From Candidatus Kapaibacterium sp. (GTDB lineage Bacteria > Bacteroidota > Ignavibacteria > Kapaibacteriales > UBA4661), in assembly GCA_025055035.1 (NCBI GenBank), contig JANWZB010000003.1, positions 641 through 64,640 of the forward strand: 64,000 nucleotides of DNA. Direction: 5' to 3'. Under the pieces are notes generated by a model. It saw only the letters and a program-made list of their open reading frames with translations, was not told where the DNA came from and searched no databases. Positions 10,179 to 20,136 of the stretch are shown here, piece by piece (positions within the stretch are counted from its first letter, which is position 1; each line of letters begins with the position of its first letter). The translations under genes were made by a program, and so were the position numbers.

Positions 10179-11361
10179 ATTGATACGGCTCTTCGAGCTG
10201 AAGTCCCTTGAGAAGACCTGTTGTGTCAATTGTCCGACTTTTCCACTCAATTTTCCCTCGCTTCACGCGAATGTAGGAATTGATACCAATAGCTATAATG
10301 AACCCGATGCTGATCGGATGGAGTACCACGCTTGCAAAGAGCGGGTGCTTATATTTTACCGCAATAATGAGACGCAGAAGAAGGTTGGAGACAATTATTC
10401 CCAATGAAATCCAGCGATACTCGCCGAACCACACTGTGCAATATGGCAGAATACACGCAGTAAACAATACCACGAGCAACGAAAAGAAGCCAACGGTGCT
10501 GTATCCAACAAGTCCGAACAAGTTCTTTGTAAATCCTGTCCAGACTTGATCGAAACTGTGATACATACGGCAGAACACAAGATTTGTACCAGCAGCAGTT
10601 ATCATGCGTAACCCATGCACCTTCGTTGCTCGACTTAGTTCTATGTCTTCCACAATATGCTGCCGCACAGACAAATGCCCACCTAGCTCCACGTATGCCT
10701 GCCGTGTAAAAGCAATCCACTGCCCATTTGCAGCAGAGAGTGATGGATATGGTAATACGTACGTCAGCCATAGGGGCAGTGCTGCATAGACAAACATATC
10801 CACAACAGGCACGGAAAGTTGCTCAGGCAACGTTTCAGTCTGCTGCTGAGGAAACGCAGAAAGCATACTTAGGTCGTAGCGTTGCATCCAGCGCACGGTA
10901 TTTTCAACGGCATTGGGCGCGTGAGTATTATCAGCATCTGTAAAAATGTAAATTGCTCCGCGCGCTGCAGCACTCAATTGCTGACATGCCCAGTTCTTAC
11001 CCGTCCAGCCGGTAGGCAATGGTCTGCCTGATATAAGACGAACTTGCGGATAATGCTGCGCAAATTCCCGAACAATTTCCGCGGTTTTATCTTCTGAATA
11101 GTCATCTAGCACAATAATTTCCAAATTTTTGTACGTTTGCCCCAACAGTCCAGCCAGACAATTTGCAATTGTTGTTGCCTCATTACGTGCAGGAATAAGA
11201 ACAGAAACAAGAGGATTCGAAGCGTACTGCTCTGGGTATTGTGGTGCCGGAACGTTGCAGAGCATTGGAGCAGTTAAGGCATTGTAGATTGTAATCACAA
11301 AAAACACTGTTATGATGGCAAGCGCCATATAAAGCACTATCGTTATCATGCGTTTTGGCAT
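10165..11361 (-). CDS. GT2 membrane glycosyltransferase, carotenoid glycosyltransferase-like (CruC/CrtQ type)
   Basis: VSVLIPARNE, LP.GW.GK.WAC, FTDAD, ANGQ, IVEDI, CRMY, C-terminal TMs and WK.R. Confidence 0.8.
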   Translation of the reverse strand: MPKRMITIVLYMALAIITVFFVITIYNALTAPMLCNVPAPQYPEQYASNPLVSVLIPARNEATTIANCLAGLLGQTYKNLEIIVLDDYSEDKTAEIVREFAQHYPQVRLISGRPLPTGWTGKNWACQQLSAAARGAIYIFTDADNTHAPNAVENTVRWMQRYDLSMLSAFPQQQTETLPEQLSVPVVDMFVYAALPLWLTYVLPYPSLSAANGQWIAFTRQAYVELGGHLSVRQHIVEDIELSRATKVHGLRMITAAGTNLVFCRMYHSFDQVWTGFTKNLFGLVGYSTVGFFSLLVVLFTACILPYCTVWFGEYRWISLGIIVSNLLLRLIIAVKYKHPLFASVVLHPISIGFIIAIGINSYIRVKRGKIEWKSRTIDTTGLLKGLQLEEPYQFSRE

Positions 11362-11548
11362 TCGATAAAGTACTGTAAAAGATGCTCAAGCATTTGCTGA
11401 ACCGAATATACTCAATTTTCTCCACTTTGTATGGGAGAATTTTCTTCGGGAAAAATCAGTCCAAATTTTGTATTTTCGCTGCGCATCTGTATGTCACCTG
11501 TGCCCATTGCTATTGGCATGAACGATTTATTCGAATTGAGCACTCGCA

Positions 11549-12319
11549 ATGTTATTAGAGCACGCTCCAACATCATTGCCCCTTGTTACCATTGTAACAA
11601 TCTGCTACAATGCTGAACGCTCTATCTGTCCAACAATCGAAAGCGTCATTGCACAAGATTATCCTAACCTAGAGTATATTGTTATAGATGGAGGCTCGAC
11701 AGACAGCACGCCAGCTCTTATTCGTGAGTATGCTGAGGCACGCGGTAGTAGAATCACATGGTGGGTAAGTGAGCAAGACAGTGGAGTGTCGGAAGCCTTC
11801 AATAAAGGAATCGCTCGCCATAGTGGAAAGTATATTGGATTTCTTAATGCCGGAGACTTCTTTGTGTCAGAAGATGCTCTTTCTCGCTTCTTTACAGTCC
11901 TACAAACATCGCCCGATGCCGATATTATCTATGGTAAAGCACGACTGACATTTGAGCATGCAGCAACAAAGCTTGTTGGTTCGCCTTCTCTTCCTAGCCA
12001 CAAGCTGCCTACAGCCCATCAAGCAATCTACTACCACCGACGTATTTGGGAGCGCTTTGGCACATTCAGTATGAACTACCGTTACGCTATGGATTATGAA
12101 CACTACCATCGCGTTAGACATCGCGCCACATGGGTGTTTTCCGATGTAGTGCTTGTGGAGCGTCCTCTAACTTCGGCACGCAATAGTTTTGGTAATCCCG
12201 CGCGCACGTACCGAGAATACCTGCGTGCTGATGTACACCATAAAAATCCCGGAATCGTCTTTAACTGTGTCAAATTCCTACGCGATACAGTACAGCGCCG
12301 AATACAACGTGTATTGTAG
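11549..12319 (+). CDS. GT2 glycosyltransferase (WcaE-like)
   Basis: VTIVTICYN, IDGGSTD, SEQDSG..EAFNKG, FLNAGD, AMDYE. Confidence 0.88.
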   Translation: MLLEHAPTSLPLVTIVTICYNAERSICPTIESVIAQDYPNLEYIVIDGGSTDSTPALIREYAEARGSRITWWVSEQDSGVSEAFNKGIARHSGKYIGFLNAGDFFVSEDALSRFFTVLQTSPDADIIYGKARLTFEHAATKLVGSPSLPSHKLPTAHQAIYYHRRIWERFGTFSMNYRYAMDYEHYHRVRHRATWVFSDVVLVERPLTSARNSFGNPARTYREYLRADVHHKNPGIVFNCVKFLRDTVQRRIQRVL

Positions 12320-12378
12320 CACGTGTATTGTAGCCATATTTTCTACTTTCCACATCACCTTCCTTGCTACACACAGAC

Positions 12379-12861
12379 ATGGGACAGCTTTGGGATAGAA
12401 TACGCCGTATCGGGTCAGCATACCTCAACGATCTGCTCCGCAATGACCCCGATTACACAAACCTTGACCCTACCATACTTGAAGAGCTACGCAGAAGCTC
12501 TTCGTCACACACACGACATAGCGTTATCGAAACGGAGGAAGAGCGGCTTAAACGCCTCATAGACGAGGCAGCCAACTCTCGGCAGAGCAATGCTAAGCAT
12601 CAGCATCAATCCTCTTCCCACAAGCATCGTCAAGCATCACCTAGATACAACGGTATGAGCCTTGACGAAGCCTTGCGTGTTCTCGGTTTACCCTCTCATG
12701 CTAGCACAGACGATATTAAAAGGCAGTATAAAAAGCTCATGATGCAGTATCATCCTGACCGTGTTAGCCAGCTTGACTATACAGCTCAGCAGCAAGCGCG
12801 CGAGAAGGCACAGCGCATCAATGCTGCATACGAGGTTATCAAACACCTAAAATCACTGTAA
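12379..12861 (+). CDS. C-terminal J-domain (DnaJ/DjlA-like) co-chaperone
   Basis: ALRVLGL…IKRQYKKL..QYHPDR…INAAYE; HPD motif intact. Confidence 0.88.
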   Translation: MGQLWDRIRRIGSAYLNDLLRNDPDYTNLDPTILEELRRSSSSHTRHSVIETEEERLKRLIDEAANSRQSNAKHQHQSSSHKHRQASPRYNGMSLDEALRVLGLPSHASTDDIKRQYKKLMMQYHPDRVSQLDYTAQQQAREKAQRINAAYEVIKHLKSL

Positions 12862-12887
12862 CGCCCATAATTATTCGTTTAGAACAT

Positions 12888-13376
12888 ATGACAATTGCAC
12901 ATTTTCTCGACCAGCTCGACTATACACTGTGGGCAAACAAACGCACACTTGCTAGCATAGAATCCTTGCCTTCTACTGCTTCAGAAGCAGACAGAGCACA
13001 AGCAATCAAGCTTATGTCACATATTGTCGCAGCGCAGTATATCTGGTATGCTCGTGTTTGTGCTCAGCCCAGTGCTGCTCTTCCTGTGTGGGAGAGTATG
13101 ACGCCTGAGGCATTGCACCAGCGTATTCCTGAGGCATATACCCTATGGAAAGAGTATCTATCGAGCAAACAAGACAGCGATCTTTCTACTCTTTCCTTTA
13201 CCTATACAAACACACTTGGCAACGAGTACACCAATACTCTTCTGGAAATTCTTACACACTTTCCCATCCACTCCGCATATCACCGTGCGCAGATTGCTAT
13301 GCTTGTCCGCGCCAATGGCGGAACACCTGCTGTTACGGACTATATTCAATTTGCCCGTGAAGAGCACAAACGATAA
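12888..13376 (+). CDS. DinB/YfiT family protein
   Basis: Y..WAN, SHI..A..IW, H...H..YHRAQI, TDYI. Confidence 0.88.
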   Translation: MTIAHFLDQLDYTLWANKRTLASIESLPSTASEADRAQAIKLMSHIVAAQYIWYARVCAQPSAALPVWESMTPEALHQRIPEAYTLWKEYLSSKQDSDLSTLSFTYTNTLGNEYTNTLLEILTHFPIHSAYHRAQIAMLVRANGGTPAVTDYIQFAREEHKR

Positions 13377-13401
13377 CGCTTCCTCCAATCCATGCGCAGA
13401 T

Positions 13402-14202
13402 ATGTCGTTGCAGTCTCATGACCACCTCCTCAGCATTGCTCAGAAAGCTGCTTTAGAAGCTGGAAACATGCTGAAAGAAGCTTTTGGAACTTCATTTCGC
13501 ATTGACAGCAAAGAAGGCAGACATAACCTCGTTACAGAATATGACCACAGAGCAGAAGATATGATTATTTCATGCATCCACTCTGCTTTCCCCGACCACA
13601 TCTTTCTTGCTGAGGAAAGTGGCTCTACAGGAGCACCCGCTGACACCATACGGTGGATTATCGACCCTCTTGACGGAACTGTCAATTTTGCTCATTCTAT
13701 CCCTATTTTTTGTGTGAGCATTGCCGCCGAACAATCTGGGAAGCTCCTCTGCGGCGTTATCTACGCACCTATGACCAGTGAACTCTTCACAGGAACACAT
13801 GGCGGTGGAGCATACTTGAATGGTCAAGCCCTTTCTGTCTCAACAACTGATAACCTTGAAGATGCTATTCTAGTAACAGGGTTTCCGTACAATGCATGGG
13901 AGAATCCGCAGAATTGCATAGACCACTTCTCTCGCTTTGTCCGTATGGGTCTTCCTGTACGTCGACTAGGCTCAGCAGCTTTAGACCTAGCATACCTCGC
14001 AGCAGGACGCTTCGATGGATACTGGGAAGTAAGCCTCAACGCATGGGATGTAGCGGCAGGAAAGTTACTCCTTCAAGAAGCAGGAGGAATGATAACCCAG
14101 TACGATGGCTCGCCACATAACCTCTACAATGGCACAATGCTCGCAACAAACGGACGGATTCATAAAGCAATGTCGAAGATTTTGACTGAGCAGGTCTCGT
14201 AG
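13402..14202 (+). CDS. suhB: Inositol monophosphatase
   Basis: NLVTEYD, LAEES, WIIDPLDGTVNFAH, RRLGSAALDL, WDVAAG. Confidence 0.93.
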   Translation: MSLQSHDHLLSIAQKAALEAGNMLKEAFGTSFRIDSKEGRHNLVTEYDHRAEDMIISCIHSAFPDHIFLAEESGSTGAPADTIRWIIDPLDGTVNFAHSIPIFCVSIAAEQSGKLLCGVIYAPMTSELFTGTHGGGAYLNGQALSVSTTDNLEDAILVTGFPYNAWENPQNCIDHFSRFVRMGLPVRRLGSAALDLAYLAAGRFDGYWEVSLNAWDVAAGKLLLQEAGGMITQYDGSPHNLYNGTMLATNGRIHKAMSKILTEQVS

Positions 14203-14228
14203 CACACAAGAAATTCACAAAGTTACGC

Positions 14229-14870
14229 GTGGGTAAATTTATTCATCATCTGAGTGGTGGTATAGCTATCGGGGCTATCAGTGGTAGCGTTGCGTATTAT
14301 CACCTCCACATACCACTGACCGATGCAGCAGCATGTTCTCTCATCGCGTGTGCCAGCAGCATGCTACCAGACATTGATAGTCCCAATAGCCGACCTAACG
14401 ACATGGCATTCGGGCTTGCAAGCGTATTATCGCCAGTATTTGTCTTACAGGGCATGGGGATTAATCGCTTCACATCATCACAAATTATCCTCATAGCACT
14501 AGGAGTATATGTCGTTGTAAGGTACGGTATACGCAGACTCATGCAAGAATGTTCAGTTCATCGAGGCATGTTTCACAGCATTCCTGCAGCTATTATTTGG
14601 GGTGCGCTCGTATATCAAGCATTTCGGCTTTCACCAGCTCTTATCAAAAACGCAGCTGCAGCAAGCGCTTTGGTAGGATTTATTACACACCTTATTATCG
14701 ACGAAGTCTTCTCGTTTGTTACATTCGATGGCATGCGGATTGCCCCTAAAAAGTCTTTCGGTACGGCGCTCAAGTTTTTCTCCCCCTCGATTCTTGCTAC
14801 TACAACAACATACACTCTCATGGTAATAGTACTCTATGCGTGCTTCCGCGACATGCGTATTGTGCGCTAG
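14229..14870 (+). CDS. Membrane metal-dependent hydrolase (YdjM-like)
   Basis: N-terminal H, LPDIDS, HRGMFHS, HLIIDE, several TMs. Confidence 0.85.
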   Translation: MGKFIHHLSGGIAIGAISGSVAYYHLHIPLTDAAACSLIACASSMLPDIDSPNSRPNDMAFGLASVLSPVFVLQGMGINRFTSSQIILIALGVYVVVRYGIRRLMQECSVHRGMFHSIPAAIIWGALVYQAFRLSPALIKNAAAASALVGFITHLIIDEVFSFVTFDGMRIAPKKSFGTALKFFSPSILATTTTYTLMVIVLYACFRDMRIVR

Positions 14871-14881
14871 TAGGGGCTTGT

Positions 14882-15661
14882 TTAGAGCACACCTCCTAAT
14901 ACAGCATCAAGGAGCAGGATAGAAGCAGCCGAGAGCGTAAATGAGCGTACTGTGCTCTTGCCAACACCTTCAGCCCCACCGCTTGTCATATATCCCACAT
15001 GACACCCAATAAGCGCCGTTACTCCACCAAATACCGCTGATTTTGTTAGCCCCAGAACGATTTCACCGATGCTGAAAAAGCGCTGAATAGAGTCAAAGAA
15101 CATCTGCACAGAGAAATCAAACTTGAGACTTGTCAGCATATATGCCCCAAGAATAGCAACAACATTAGAAAAGACCGCAAGCACTGGCATCATAGTCAGT
15201 GCGGCAATAACGCGCGGCATGGAAAGATAGCGATTCTTGTCAATTGCCATCATCTCTAGTGCATCTATCTGCTCAGAGACCTGCATCGTTCCTAGCTGTG
15301 CGGTCATTGCTCCACCCACCCTTCCAGCAATCACTAGAGCTGTGAGCACAGGGGTTAGTTCTGTAAATACAACGGTTGCAATAGATCCGCCAATAAATGG
15401 TCGAGCAATACCAATAAGATTAAACTTTGCGAAAAGGTTTGTAGCTTGTAGTGCAGCAATTGCTCCCGTGAATGCACCTATAAGAATAACTAATGGTAGG
15501 GAGTCTGCACCCACAATAGACATTTGCTCGAGTACAAGCTTTCTATCCTTGACTACACGCGGTATATAGCGCACGACTGCACTTAATAATAACACTAGCC
15601 GTCCTACTTCCTCTGCAAAACGCAGAATGCTACGTCCAATACGCTCCACGAGAATAATCAT
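14882..15661 (-). CDS. mlaE: MlaE-family lipid ABC transporter permease
   Basis: ELTPVLTAL..AGRVG, AQLGTM.VSEQIDALE, GGAEGVG.ST; TGATG coupling to the upstream gene. Confidence 0.93.
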   Translation of the reverse strand: MIILVERIGRSILRFAEEVGRLVLLLSAVVRYIPRVVKDRKLVLEQMSIVGADSLPLVILIGAFTGAIAALQATNLFAKFNLIGIARPFIGGSIATVVFTELTPVLTALVIAGRVGGAMTAQLGTMQVSEQIDALEMMAIDKNRYLSMPRVIAALTMMPVLAVFSNVVAILGAYMLTSLKFDFSVQMFFDSIQRFFSIGEIVLGLTKSAVFGGVTALIGCHVGYMTSGGAEGVGKSTVRSFTLSAASILLLDAVLGGVL

Positions 15662-16716
15662 CACACCACCTTTCGTATCCAGAGTGAACTTGCAAGCATA
15701 CATGCTGGGTCGTATGACGGGAGCACACGCTGTAAAGCATGTGGGGCATAATGATGAACATAACTCCCACATAGCATAATCTCGAATGCTGTGTTAAACG
15801 CTAAAAACGCTTGTACAAACGGCGATTCATTCCAAAACTGATGTTGGCGGAAAATCCATACCTCAGGCTCTGGGGTAGCAAAAGGAAAGAACACGTCATG
15901 TATATGAATAACAACACCCTTGTTGAGTTGTGGAAGGACCTCAAGATACAGATACTGAACATCACTATCGAGCTTGAGAACATGGCTTGAATCAATAAAT
16001 AGCACATCGTTTTCTTGTAGCACATGAAATGTTTCGACTGGAACATTTTGGACAACATCCTGAACAAGATGTACTTCGCCCGAATCCGCAAGTTTTTGTA
16101 AGCCTCGTCGCGGATATGGCTCGATGCAGGTCATACTGGCAGCTTTACCGCATTCCACTGTATTACTACGAAGACCCTCCAGCGCAAAAAGTGTCGATAC
16201 TCCTGAACCAACCTCTATCATGTGTCTTGGCTTAATATACCGCAGCACAAGGTAAAGTATGTGCGCATCAACCTCAGAATATCCTTCGCCTAGACCTTGC
16301 TGTACAACCTGTGCATATGCCGGCAGCGACGCTATTTCATGAACATATGGCTCAAGGCACCGCAAGAATGTTTCATGATTTTCAAGCGAAATTGCAACGC
16401 CTGCAAGCGCAGATGGTCTATTCCACCGATGCATCGTCTTGCGAAGTATACGTGTGTTTGGCACAGGACTGTAAAAATGCGATGGCAAAATGCTTAATCC
16501 TAGTAGCTCGCCAAAGGAAAACAACTTTGTCCATAAGAAGTTTTCCCACTTCATCTGGAGAGCTTTTTTAATACCAAGAGCTTGTAAGCGCCGAAACTGA
16601 CGACGAATATCCATACATTGCACCAACTCGTGGACAAAAAGTTGACGATACACAGATTCAATAGCTGTAGATACTACTGAACGATACCCACTGGAGATTG
16701 CACTTTGGCTACGCAT
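15661..16716 (-). CDS. Class I SAM-dependent methyltransferase (Methyltransf_24-like)
   Basis: HFYSPVP, IEVGSG.ST, CIEPYP, LFIDSSH, IHIHD, WNE; start 16716 couples to the gmk stop (alternative 16614). Confidence 0.85.
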   Translation of the reverse strand: MRSQSAISSGYRSVVSTAIESVYRQLFVHELVQCMDIRRQFRRLQALGIKKALQMKWENFLWTKLFSFGELLGLSILPSHFYSPVPNTRILRKTMHRWNRPSALAGVAISLENHETFLRCLEPYVHEIASLPAYAQVVQQGLGEGYSEVDAHILYLVLRYIKPRHMIEVGSGVSTLFALEGLRSNTVECGKAASMTCIEPYPRRGLQKLADSGEVHLVQDVVQNVPVETFHVLQENDVLFIDSSHVLKLDSDVQYLYLEVLPQLNKGVVIHIHDVFFPFATPEPEVWIFRQHQFWNESPFVQAFLAFNTAFEIMLCGSYVHHYAPHALQRVLPSYDPACMLASSLWIRKVV

Positions 16717-17303
16717 CAGCACTGCAGAGGCATAGCATAGCGCTCCACAAGACAACGAGCATGAGCAAAGGCTCTATTTAAATCATCGTTCACGATAACT
16801 TCATCAAACCGCGATTGCTGTTGAAGTTCCATCTCTGCTCGTGCTAAGCGAAGAGCAAGCTGCTCTTGTGATTCTGTATTTCGTGCTCGTAAGCGCTGAG
16901 CAAGTACTTCCATGCTTGGGGGTGCAACAAAAATGAGCAGCGACTCGCGAGGGTATGCTTTTTGCAGGCTTAGTGCACCATTGACGTCAATATCAAATAC
17001 AAGCACTTTGTTTGCTGCAAGTGCTCGTTCTACCTCGCTCCGCAGCGTCCCGTAGTAATTTCCAAAAATGCGCTCATACTCAATGAGCTCTCCACGCTGT
17101 ATTGCGGCTTCAAACTCTTCTACGCTCAGAAAGTAATAATCTTTCCCATCAACCTCATGTTCTCGACGCGGTCGTGTCGTTGCCGAGACAGAAAATTGCA
17201 TAAATGCATATGTGTCTAAAAGATGACGAGCAATTGTTGTTTTACCCGCGCCGCTTGGAGCAGAAAATACAAACAATCGCTTCGAATTTGAGGCATATAC
17301 CAT
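16716..17303 (-). CDS. gmk: Guanylate kinase
   Basis: APSGAGKTT, SVSATTR.PR..E.DG.DYYF, NYYGT. Confidence 0.97.
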   Translation of the reverse strand: MVYASNSKRLFVFSAPSGAGKTTIARHLLDTYAFMQFSVSATTRPRREHEVDGKDYYFLSVEEFEAAIQRGELIEYERIFGNYYGTLRSEVERALAANKVLVFDIDVNGALSLQKAYPRESLLIFVAPPSMEVLAQRLRARNTESQEQLALRLARAEMELQQQSRFDEVIVNDDLNRAFAHARCLVERYAMPLQC

Positions 17304-17470
17304 AGAAGTATAGCAGACAATGAAAGCTGTGTCAATGAGACTGAGACTATGCCACTACCAATCGATACTGAACGGAAACATCAGAGTACTTTCTTGACAA
17401 CTACAGCGTGCATCCCCAGTCAACCACACGTCTACAGTACACCGTATGTATAACCGCAAACGCACCGCAA

Positions 17471-18892
17471 CTATGGCACGAAGATCGGCTGCCACCGCTT
17501 CGAGGTACGCGCTTCGTTGCCGAAGGTATTGCGTATAACAATATCAATGTCTGCTGGACGAGACCATTCTATTTGCGGTACTTGCGTAAGAAGAACAGTA
17601 GCTTGAGCCACAATAGCACCATTGCTCTTCTTTACAAGGGCAATATTATCAGGAGGAATTCGTATGCGTTGAGCTACACCATTCTGAGGAGTGATAGTAA
17701 GCTCTACACTACATTTTTTTGGTGGCAGATAATCCACAAATTCTAGCGTCATCTGCACAGCAGACCCATGAGCAGTAGTAGTGCGATAGAACTCAGCGCC
17801 CTTGAACTCAGGCTTACTTTCTAGTGTTATCCGCTGAATTTCCGTGCTCTGCTTCAAATGATCCTCGTGAACGGACGACAGAGTAACAGTGCGAGAAATT
17901 TTTTGACGATTTTTGTCTGCACGAAACCATGGCAATTCATTCATAGTTTGACTAGAGGCACTCACAACACCATCACCTGGCTCAAACATTGCTTCAATAC
18001 CAAAGCCAATAGCTCCTAGGGCTCTTCGCAGCACATCCATAGCAGCCGTTTTACTCAGGTTTTTTCCTTCTTTCCACAGCTCAACCTTGCCAACAACGCT
18101 CACATATTCTACATCGAGAGGATGAGGCACAGAGCCAATTCTCCGCATAAATTCTCCCCCATCTTCAGGACGTTGCAAATCACGAACAGCAGGAGCATCA
18201 GCCGGCACGTCTGTTTCTAACGTAGCAAGAAGCTCCAACGCTTTATCGACAAGAGGCTTCACAACAAAACTAGCATCTTTCGACTTCGCCACCAACGCAG
18301 TCTTCCACTGCCATATACGCGCAAATGGTGAGCCTTGATGCGGTGAGCCAATTGTAATCAAGCGCTCTGTGCGATGGTTGCTGATATTCTTTGTCAAATA
18401 GTACCGCGCTGTTACCCCGCCCATGCTGTAGCCTATCAAGATAACCTTTTCTGCTCTCGTACGCTCAAACACTAGTGGCAAAAACCCTTCAAGTTCACGT
18501 TCCCATGCACCTATTGAATCCACGGGATTAGAAAACGCAACAGTGAAAAAATCTGCATATCCTGTTTGTACTGAACGTTGCGGGACATTATCAATCTTTG
18601 GCTTACCATTCACTATACGCAGAACACCACCATGCACTAAGCCAATTTCTTGTTCGTAATACCTCACAGCATACGCATCCCATACCGATGCCTTCTGTCC
18701 TAAGCCATGCAGAAAGATAATAGGATAAGGAATATGCATCGTTGTGATGTAGTCAACAGGTGGAGCTTCGGACAGGCTTTTGATATATGACATTTGTGAC
18801 GCACAAGCCCACACAAGCACAATAAGCACAATACTCCCACTGCTGTAGCATAACCACCGATGCCTTCTCGACCTAATTACAACAGGATTCAT
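17471..18892 (-). CDS. Lipase-type alpha/beta hydrolase (PGAP1/DUF676-like), probable lipoprotein, with extra C-terminal beta domain
   Basis: TM ending VWAC, FLHGLG, GYSMGG, IGSPHQGS, GDGVV, VHEDH. Confidence 0.8.
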   Translation of the reverse strand: MNPVVIRSRRHRWLCYSSGSIVLIVLVWACASQMSYIKSLSEAPPVDYITTMHIPYPIIFLHGLGQKASVWDAYAVRYYEQEIGLVHGGVLRIVNGKPKIDNVPQRSVQTGYADFFTVAFSNPVDSIGAWERELEGFLPLVFERTRAEKVILIGYSMGGVTARYYLTKNISNHRTERLITIGSPHQGSPFARIWQWKTALVAKSKDASFVVKPLVDKALELLATLETDVPADAPAVRDLQRPEDGGEFMRRIGSVPHPLDVEYVSVVGKVELWKEGKNLSKTAAMDVLRRALGAIGFGIEAMFEPGDGVVSASSQTMNELPWFRADKNRQKISRTVTLSSVHEDHLKQSTEIQRITLESKPEFKGAEFYRTTTAHGSAVQMTLEFVDYLPPKKCSVELTITPQNGVAQRIRIPPDNIALVKKSNGAIVAQATVLLTQVPQIEWSRPADIDIVIRNTFGNEARTSKRWQPIFVP

Positions 18893-19027
18893 AAGACCAT
18901 AATGTACTTCATCGTTTGCCGAACTTATGTATTGCTATCTTAGACATATATTCGCACAAGTAAGCATTTCCCCTACTATCTAGGTTTTTGCTGTACAGTA
19001 CAGAGCCAAGCGCTTTGCTATAAGCGA

Positions 19028-19061
19028 ACATGCGGAGCAAGCATATCGTTGCCCCGCATGT
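19028..19061 (-). terminator. 3' hairpin ACATGCGGGGCAA-N8-TTGCTCCGCATGT (minus strand), about 20 nt after the ATP-grasp stop
   Basis: 13-bp stem with one G-U; no clear U-tract. Confidence 0.55.
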
Positions 19062-19080
19062 ATAAACTCTTGTGCCGATG

Positions 19081-20136
19081 CTATTTTTTCGTGGGAGACT
19101 TCTTCGTTGTAGTCTTTTTCTCAGTACTTGCGGCTTTTTTTTGAGCAGGTGCTTTCGTAGCACGAGATTTAGTCGCTGTAGAAGATTTTGCTATAAGACT
19201 CTGCGGATTGATAAACTCGCTCCACGTATATTCTGATGGTATTATGCGACCTTGTTCTGCAACCTCTATAAGATATTTAGCAGCATGCTCCAGAACCCAC
19301 TCAAAATTCTCAGGCTGTACCGATGAAGCTTCTGCATCGGGAGCCGGATTCAAGAAATCAATTGCGTACGGTACAGCATCTTTTACTGCAAATTCCACAG
19401 TGTCGAAATCATACCCCAGCGCATGGACGATTTTCAGACAAATTTCTTCCAGTTGTTGTTTGCGCTCTGGTGTCAGTGAAAAGTTTGCTACATAGCGCAG
19501 ATGATGAGGATTGCGTGGCTCATAGGGCATAATGTGGACATACTTCTTACCAATGACATAGCAACGATAGTACTCATCAAAGTCTATTCCTGCTTGTAAT
19601 GTCATGCAAATATCCCCTGTTTTGTGATATGCTTCAAAGAATTCTTGCGGGTTATGTACTTTATACACATGCTTCCAGCCACCCCCGCTGTGAGGCTTCA
19701 GAAACGCAGGAAATCCCACATAGTCAAATATTTCTTCCCAGTTTAGCGGAAACTGCAAGTTCCGCATGGATTCACTCGTTGTTGTCGGAGGATGATCTTT
19801 TGAGGGGAGAAGGACAGTATTAGGGATAGGAATGCCTAGCTTAGATGCCAGCGCATAGTTAAAAAATTTGTCATCGGCACTCCACCAAAAGGGATTATTG
19901 ACTACTCGTGTACCATTCAGCATAGCATTCTTGAGCATTGAACGATAAAACGGGATGTCCTGCGAAATACGGTCAAGAATAACATCATATTTCATGATGT
20001 CCGCCATTTTGATTCCGCCAACTTTCACAAATTCTGCACGAATATTCGGCGGCGCGGTGCTATTGATTCGTTCAACCAACGCCGGAGGGAATGATTGCTC
20101 CATGCCGAAGAGCAGACCAATTACTTTCATAGACAT
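19081..20136 (-). CDS. ATP-grasp amidoligase-family protein (RimK/GshB-like) with Lys-rich C-terminal tail
   Basis: IG.LFGME.SFP, YDVILDRIS, NNPFWWSADDKFF, FLKP..GGGWK.V, DTVEFAV…YAIDF.NPAPD. Confidence 0.85.
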   Translation of the reverse strand: MSMKVIGLLFGMEQSFPPALVERINSTAPPNIRAEFVKVGGIKMADIMKYDVILDRISQDIPFYRSMLKNAMLNGTRVVNNPFWWSADDKFFNYALASKLGIPIPNTVLLPSKDHPPTTTSESMRNLQFPLNWEEIFDYVGFPAFLKPHSGGGWKHVYKVHNPQEFFEAYHKTGDICMTLQAGIDFDEYYRCYVIGKKYVHIMPYEPRNPHHLRYVANFSLTPERKQQLEEICLKIVHALGYDFDTVEFAVKDAVPYAIDFLNPAPDAEASSVQPENFEWVLEHAAKYLIEVAEQGRIIPSEYTWSEFINPQSLIAKSSTATKSRATKAPAQKKAASTEKKTTTKKSPTKK

